Part shown: one piece after another, positions 59,246 to 64,000 of the stretch
How the letters are laid out: the number at the start of each line of letters is the position of its first letter
Numbering within the stretch: the stretch's first letter is position 1
Origin: an uncultured Actinomycetota bacterium
Lineage (GTDB): Bacteria; Actinomycetota; Actinomycetes; Actinomycetales; Dermatophilaceae
Assembly: GCA_963800325.1 (NCBI GenBank)
Contig: CAWDAQ010000002.1
Coordinates: 228,638 to 292,637, forward strand
Length of the DNA: 64,000 nt
Direction of reading: 5' to 3'
The notes under the pieces: model-generated
What the model saw: only the letters and a program-made list of their open reading frames with translations
The model's database searches: none
What the model was told of the DNA's origin: nothing
Program-made: the position numbers and the translations under genes

Positions 59246-61462
59246 TCAGGGGGTCGGTGCGGGGGCCGGGAGCGCCGGTCCGGGCTCGGGCTCGGGGGGA
59301 ATCTCCTCCACCGGGCCCTCCAGCTCGAGGTCGGGAATGATCCGGTCCAGCCACCGCGGCAGCCACCAGGCGTGACGTCCGAGGAGCGACATCAGCGCGG
59401 GGACGAGGACCATCCGCACGACGCTCGCGTCGACGAGGACCGCGACGGCCATCCCGATCGCGAGCATCTTGATCGCCGGGTCGGGCGAGCGGACGAAGCT
59501 CGTGAACACCACGACCATGATCGCGGCGGCCGTCGTGATGACTCGGGCCGTGCTGCCGATCCCGATCGCCACCGCCCGGTGGGCGTCCCCTGTCCGGTGC
59601 CAGGCCTCGCGCACCCGGGAGAGCAGGAAGACCTCGTAGTCCATCGACAGCCCGAAGACGATCGCGAACATCAGCATCGGCACGTAGGCCGGGATCGGCA
59701 GGTCCTGGTCGATCCCGAGCAGCTGCGAGCCCCAGCCCCACTGGAACACCGCGACGACGACGCCGTACGCCGCGCCGACCGAGAGCAGGTTGAGCACCGC
59801 GGCCTTGACCGAGATGACGATCGAGCGGAACGCGATCGTCAGCAGCACGAGCGAGAGCAGCACGACGGCGAGGATGAGCCAGACCATCCGGTCGGCGACC
59901 CGCTGGGTGAAGTCGGCGTAGCCGGCGGTGGTGCCGACGAGGTAGGTCGACCGAGCCCCGAGCCCCGGCAGCACGGTGTTCTCGAGGGTGTCCACCAGCG
60001 TCGTCGTCGCCTCGTCGTCGGGTGCGCTCCGGGGGACGACCGTGAACACCGCGACGGACCCCCCCGAGTTGAGCGTCGGCGGGCTGACCGAGGCGACGTC
60101 GGTGACCCCGCCCAGGGTCTGCTGCGCCCGGTCGAGCAGCTGCTGGTTCTGCTGCTGCGACTGGGACGGCAGCACGAGCACGGCCGTCAGCGGCCCGTTC
60201 GCCCCGACCCCGAAGCCGTCGGTGACGAGGTCGTAGGCGCGACGGTCGCTCTGCGTCGTCGGGTCGGTGCCGGCGTCCAGCTGCCCGAGCCGCAGTGACA
60301 GCACGGGGATCGCGAGCACGAGGAGCAGGACGACGCTCGCGACCGCCCACGGCCACGGGTGGTAGCTGACCTGCCGCCCCCAGCGGGCGAACGCGCTGTG
60401 CTCGTGGGCCCGCTCGGCCGCGGCGGGGTCGGGCCTGCCCGCAGCCCGGTCGGCGCGGGAGCGGATCCGACGTCCCGACAGCCGGAGCAGCGCCGGTACG
60501 AGGGTCACCGCGGAGACCATCGTCACCGCGACGACGATCGCCGCCGCGAGGCCCATGGCGCCGACGAACGGGACCCCGGAGACGTAGAGGCCGAGGATGG
60601 CGATGACGACGGTGCTGCCGGCGACGACGATGGCGGCGCCGGAGGAGCCCGTGGCCCGGCCGACGGACTCCGCGAGGTCCATGCCGTGGTCCAGCTGCTC
60701 CCGGTGCCGGGCGACGAGGAAGAGGCCGTAGTCGATGGCCACGCCGAGCCCCAGCAGGGTCCCGACCGAGGGCGCGGTGGTCGGGAGCTGGACGGCGGCG
60801 GCGAGAAGCCCGACGAGGGCGAGCCCGGACCCGACGCTGAACACCGCGCCGACGAGTGGGACGAGGGCGGCCACGACCGAGCCGAACATGACCAGCAGCA
60901 GGAGCAGGGCTGCCGCGATGCCGATGAGCTCGGAGAGGGTGTCGTCCGGGGACTGCCCGATCTGTCCGGCTCCCCCGCCGTACTCCACCACCAGTCCCGC
61001 CGAGCGGGCCGGGCGGACCGCCCGGTCGAGGGAGGCGAGGTAGCCGCTGTCGAGGGAGGCGGGGTTGACGTCCCAGGAGACGCTGCCGTACGCGATCGTG
61101 CCGTCCTTCGACACCGCGGGGGTGCCGGGGGCGGTGAGGGGGTCGGTGGCGCTCAAGACGTGGGGGAGGCCCCCGACGTCCTTCATCGTGGTGGCCACGG
61201 CGTCGGACCGTCCGGCCACGGTCCCGGTCGGGGCGTGGAAGACGATCTGCCCGCTGTACCCGCTGGCGGCCCGGAAGTCGCTGCGGAGGGTGTCCAGCCC
61301 CCGGGAGGACTGGCTGCCGGGGACCGAGTAGTTGTTGACGAAGGTCCCCTCGACGACCCGGTCGGCGGTCGTGAGCCCCACGAGGACGACGAGCCAGACC
61401 CCGACGACCCACCAGCGGTGGCGGCCGGCGAACCCACCGAGCCGTTCCAGCAGCGCGTTCAT
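59246..61462 (-). CDS. MMPL-family (RND superfamily) transporter
   Basis: 738 aa with two six-TM bundles and periplasmic loops. MMPL-like blocks are present (GVAIDYGLFLVARHRE, GLSMDYEVFLLSRVRE). GGAGG lies 5 nt upstream. Confidence 0.9.
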   Translation of the reverse strand: MNALLERLGGFAGRHRWWVVGVWLVVLVGLTTADRVVEGTFVNNYSVPGSQSSRGLDTLRSDFRAASGYSGQIVFHAPTGTVAGRSDAVATTMKDVGGLPHVLSATDPLTAPGTPAVSKDGTIAYGSVSWDVNPASLDSGYLASLDRAVRPARSAGLVVEYGGGAGQIGQSPDDTLSELIGIAAALLLLLVMFGSVVAALVPLVGAVFSVGSGLALVGLLAAAVQLPTTAPSVGTLLGLGVAIDYGLFLVARHREQLDHGMDLAESVGRATGSSGAAIVVAGSTVVIAILGLYVSGVPFVGAMGLAAAIVVAVTMVSAVTLVPALLRLSGRRIRSRADRAAGRPDPAAAERAHEHSAFARWGRQVSYHPWPWAVASVVLLLVLAIPVLSLRLGQLDAGTDPTTQSDRRAYDLVTDGFGVGANGPLTAVLVLPSQSQQQNQQLLDRAQQTLGGVTDVASVSPPTLNSGGSVAVFTVVPRSAPDDEATTTLVDTLENTVLPGLGARSTYLVGTTAGYADFTQRVADRMVWLILAVVLLSLVLLTIAFRSIVISVKAAVLNLLSVGAAYGVVVAVFQWGWGSQLLGIDQDLPIPAYVPMLMFAIVFGLSMDYEVFLLSRVREAWHRTGDAHRAVAIGIGSTARVITTAAAIMVVVFTSFVRSPDPAIKMLAIGMAVAVLVDASVVRMVLVPALMSLLGRHAWWLPRWLDRIIPDLELEGPVEEIPPEPEPGPALPAPAPTP

Positions 61463-61616
61463 CGTGCCTCCACGGCGGTCCGGGTGCTCACCTCAGGGTG
61501 GTGGGGCCGAGCGGCCTCTCGACCCGGACGGCGCGGCGCGGCACCGGGCCGTGGTGGTCGGGGCCGAGGAGGGCGAGGACGGCGGCCAGCACGGCCGGCG
61601 CGCGCCGAAGTCGAAC

Positions 61617-61629
61617 CCGAACCGTTCGG
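61617..61629. promoter_or_regulatory. Palindrome CCGAAC-C-GTTCGG preceded by an extra CGAACC half-site
   Basis: Read directly from the sequence. It lies about 160 nt upstream of the MMPL start in a 497-bp non-coding gap. Confidence 0.3.
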
Positions 61630-61959
61630 TCCTCTACCATGCCGTGCCCCCGAGGCCGGCCGCCACGATGGGCGGAGCAGCCGGACCACACGCCCGGGGC
61701 CTCGGAACACATCCGAGAGAGCACGGCCCGCCCGTGCCCCCCAGCGTCCTCGCCGGGCGACCAGCGTGTCAACGCCCTGGCCGGTGTGAGGAACCGACGC
61801 GGCACGAGACGGTCACGGCACACCGTCCGGCTCGGCGGTGGTTCGGACGTACACCTTCCTCACGCCTGGCATGAACCAGGCGCGGAGCCCCTGGCCGTGG
61901 CAGAGCAACGGAGCTCTCCCGTCTGGCTCGGCCGGGAGAAGTCGTCCCCACCGAGGGCG

Positions 61960-64000
61960 CTACTGGTGGGCCATCGCCGCGCGCATCTCGCTCTCGCTGT
62001 CGAGGATGAGGTCGCCGGACACGTCCACCGTCACCGAGTGCAGGGTGCCGGTGAACCGGTACGGGGACGGGTAGTCCGGGGTCACCGGTGAGCCGGGGTT
62101 GGCGCCGCACGTGAGTGCACCCGGGTTGATCAGGAACGGTGTCGTCTCCGGCGCCTCGGCCTCGGCGGCCAGCGAGCCGTCGACGTAGAGCTGGAGGTGG
62201 GCCGGGGTCCCCTTGCCGTGTGCCGTGTCGGGTTCTCCGGTGGGCTCGAACTCGAAGCGCAGCTCGTGCGCGCCCGCCGGGAGCGGGTCGGTCATGGAGA
62301 CCTTGTGGCGCCTGCGTCCGACGTAGTTGTGCACGTAGTGCAGGCGCTGGTCCTTGATGAACAGCGAGTAGCCCCCGGCCGCGGCGCCCTGGCACAGGAG
62401 CACACCCTCGGCGCCACCCTCGGGCAGCTCCACGCTGGCCGTGATGCTGTGCGGCCGGTTGAGCACGCGTGGCGCGGCGAAGAAGGGAATCGACTGCGTG
62501 TCCGGCCGGTAGACGTAGCGGTCGCGGGGCACGGCGACCAGGGGCTTCTCGACAGCGACGCGAGCGACCCCGCTGCCGTCGACCGGCAGGACGTCGTACT
62601 TGCCGGCCTCGGCGTACCACAGGCCGATCAGTGCGATCAGCTTGTCGCGGCGCTCGGCCGCAAGGTCGTGGGTCTCGGCGAAGTCGTCGGCGACGTGGTA
62701 GAGCTCCCACCCGGTGGCGTCGAGCTCGGTGAGCTTGTCGGCCGAGATGGGCTGGCCGAAGCCGATCCCCGCCTCGGTGAAGGACGGTCCGGGCCACGGG
62801 CAGACCGCACGCCAGCCGTCGTGGTAGATCGAGCGGTGGCCCAGCATCTCGAAGTACTGCGTCCGGTGCTTGCTGAGCGCGTCCGGGTTGTCGAGGGCCT
62901 CGGCGAAGCTCACCCCGTGGATCGGGGACTGGACGACCCCGCGGATGGCCGCCGGCGGCTCGATCCCGAGCAGGTCGAGGACCGTGGGCACCATGTCGAT
63001 GATGTGGGCGTACTGGCCGCGCACCTCACCGCGAGCCTTCGTCCCGGCCGGCCAGGAGACGATGAACGGGTCGGATGCCCCGCCGCGGTAGGTCTCCCGC
63101 TTCCAGCGCCGGAACGGTGTGTTGCCCGCGAAGGTCCAGCCCCACGGGTAGTGGTTGAAGTGGTTGGGTCCGCCGATCTCGTCGATGAAGGCGAGGCTGT
63201 CCTCCATCGGTTCCTGGGCGTTGTTGAAGAACTGTGCCTCGTTCGTCGTGCCGGTCGGGCCACCCTCGGCGCTGGCTCCGTTGTCGGAGATCACCATCAC
63301 GATCGTGTTGTCGAGCACCCCCTGGTCACGCAGGAAGTCCAGCAGTCGGCCCAGGTGGTGGTCGGTGTGGCTCAGGAAGCCGGCGAAGACCTCCATCATC
63401 CGGCTGTACAAGCGCCGGCCCTCCGCCGGCTGCGCGTCCCAGTCGGGGACGTCCGGGTCGTGCCGTGAGAGCTCGGCGTCGGCCGGGACGACGCCCAGCT
63501 CCTTCTGCCGGGCGAAGACCTCCTCGCGATAGGCGTCCCAGCCGTCGTCGAAACGGCCGGCGTACCTGTCGATCCACTCCCGCGGGGCGTGGTGAGGGGC
63601 GTGCGTGGCACCGAAGCACAGATGGAGGTAGAACGGCTTGTCGGGGTCGACCTGTCGGGCGTCGGCGATGAACTGGATCGACCTGTCCACGAGGTCCTCG
63701 GTGAGGTGGTAGCCCTCCTCGGGGGTGGCGGGCGGCTCGACCTGGTGGTTGTCGTAGACCAGGTCGGGATACCACTGGCTGGTGTCGCCACCGAGGAAGC
63801 CGTAGAAGCGCTCGAATCCCCGAGCCAGGGGCCAACGGTCGTACGGGCCGGCGGCGGTCTCCTGGTTGCTCGGCGTCAGGTGCCACTTGCCGACCATGAA
63901 GGTGCTGTAACCCTCGCCGAGCAGCATCTCCGAGAGCATGCCGTTCTCGAACGGGATGACTCCGTTGTAGCCGGGGAACCCGGTGGCGAACTCGGTGATG
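61960..64000 (-). CDS. Arylsulfatase (sulfatase family), N-terminus beyond the window edge
   Basis: The coding frame continues to position 64000 (ITEFATGFPGYNGVIPFENGMLSE...). Sulfatase blocks are present (GKWHL, SDNGAS, YPWGW). A long C-terminal beta-rich extension follows. Confidence 0.85.
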   Translation of the reverse strand, partial: ITEFATGFPGYNGVIPFENGMLSEMLLGEGYSTFMVGKWHLTPSNQETAAGPYDRWPLARGFERFYGFLGGDTSQWYPDLVYDNHQVEPPATPEEGYHLTEDLVDRSIQFIADARQVDPDKPFYLHLCFGATHAPHHAPREWIDRYAGRFDDGWDAYREEVFARQKELGVVPADAELSRHDPDVPDWDAQPAEGRRLYSRMMEVFAGFLSHTDHHLGRLLDFLRDQGVLDNTIVMVISDNGASAEGGPTGTTNEAQFFNNAQEPMEDSLAFIDEIGGPNHFNHYPWGWTFAGNTPFRRWKRETYRGGASDPFIVSWPAGTKARGEVRGQYAHIIDMVPTVLDLLGIEPPAAIRGVVQSPIHGVSFAEALDNPDALSKHRTQYFEMLGHRSIYHDGWRAVCPWPGPSFTEAGIGFGQPISADKLTELDATGWELYHVADDFAETHDLAAERRDKLIALIGLWYAEAGKYDVLPVDGSGVARVAVEKPLVAVPRDRYVYRPDTQSIPFFAAPRVLNRPHSITASVELPEGGAEGVLLCQGAAAGGYSLFIKDQRLHYVHNYVGRRRHKVSMTDPLPAGAHELRFEFEPTGEPDTAHGKGTPAHLQLYVDGSLAAEAEAPETTPFLINPGALTCGANPGSPVTPDYPSPYRFTGTLHSVTVDVSGDLILDSESEMRAAMAHQ

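Noticed and set aside
58866-61412. 848-aa minus-strand ORF overlapping the MMPL gene in another frame
   Set aside because: Its product is Arg/Pro/Gly-rich without TM segments, whereas the 59246-61462 frame gives a coherent 12-TM MMPL protein.
61488-61823. 111-aa ORF (or its 50-aa internal version) as an MmpS-like partner of the MMPL gene
   Set aside because: There is no SD or -10 signal. The product is mostly Arg/Gly/Pro-rich with only an 11-residue hydrophobic stretch, and it shows no recognisable MmpS motifs. It is kept only as an open question in the findings.

Overview
This is a very GC-rich actinobacterial chromosomal segment with about 58 protein-coding genes. I found no rRNA or tRNA genes, no transposase or integrase, and no CRISPR array. 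Most of the window is conserved core genome. (1) 1-9.9 kb holds an SMP-30-like gene, a leaderless MerR-VOC regulator, a LivHMGF-type ABC importer with a convergent lipoprotein binding protein, Lrp/AsnC, YbaK and BioY. (2) 10-22.4 kb is the least ordinary part. It is a split lysine/beta-lysine catabolic island: kamA, a frameshifted kdd, and kamD-kamE-kal. The island is interrupted by phosphoketolase, acetate kinase, an amidohydrolase and a PLP decarboxylase, and no kce is present. (3) 22.4-26.1 kb carries lnt-ppm1-fxsA and rbpA, in the same order as M. tuberculosis Rv2050-Rv2053c. (4) 26-43 kb holds assorted transport, stress and detoxification genes: an MFS transporter, an M15 peptidase, MarR plus a UvrA paralog, isochorismatase paralogs, a sulfite-oxidase-like enzyme, DUF1028/DUF72, an aldo/keto reductase, fdhA, yciO, osmC and a GCS2 ligase. 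(5) 43-47.4 kb is sbcDC. (6) 47.4-56.3 kb is gcvP with a glycine riboswitch, followed by the conserved block merR, DUF151, ftsR, garA, gcvH, DUF881, DUF1290, DUF881, pgsA. This matches the Rv1822-Rv1832 gene order. (7) 56.4-64 kb holds patB, hemerythrin, DUF2461, an MMPL transporter and a partial arylsulfatase. I did not find a clear-cut novel multi-gene defence or mobile system. The features most worth a second look are the atypical lysine-aminomutase island, a perfect 11-bp x6 tandem array upstream of bioY, a G-rich 15-bp x5 array in front of osmC, and a 26-bp perfect inverted repeat built from four AACCGG/CCGGTT modules. A recurring TANNNT-N6/7-start-codon layout also implies about 17 leaderless genes. 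All functional calls come from motif recognition by eye, because no database search was run.
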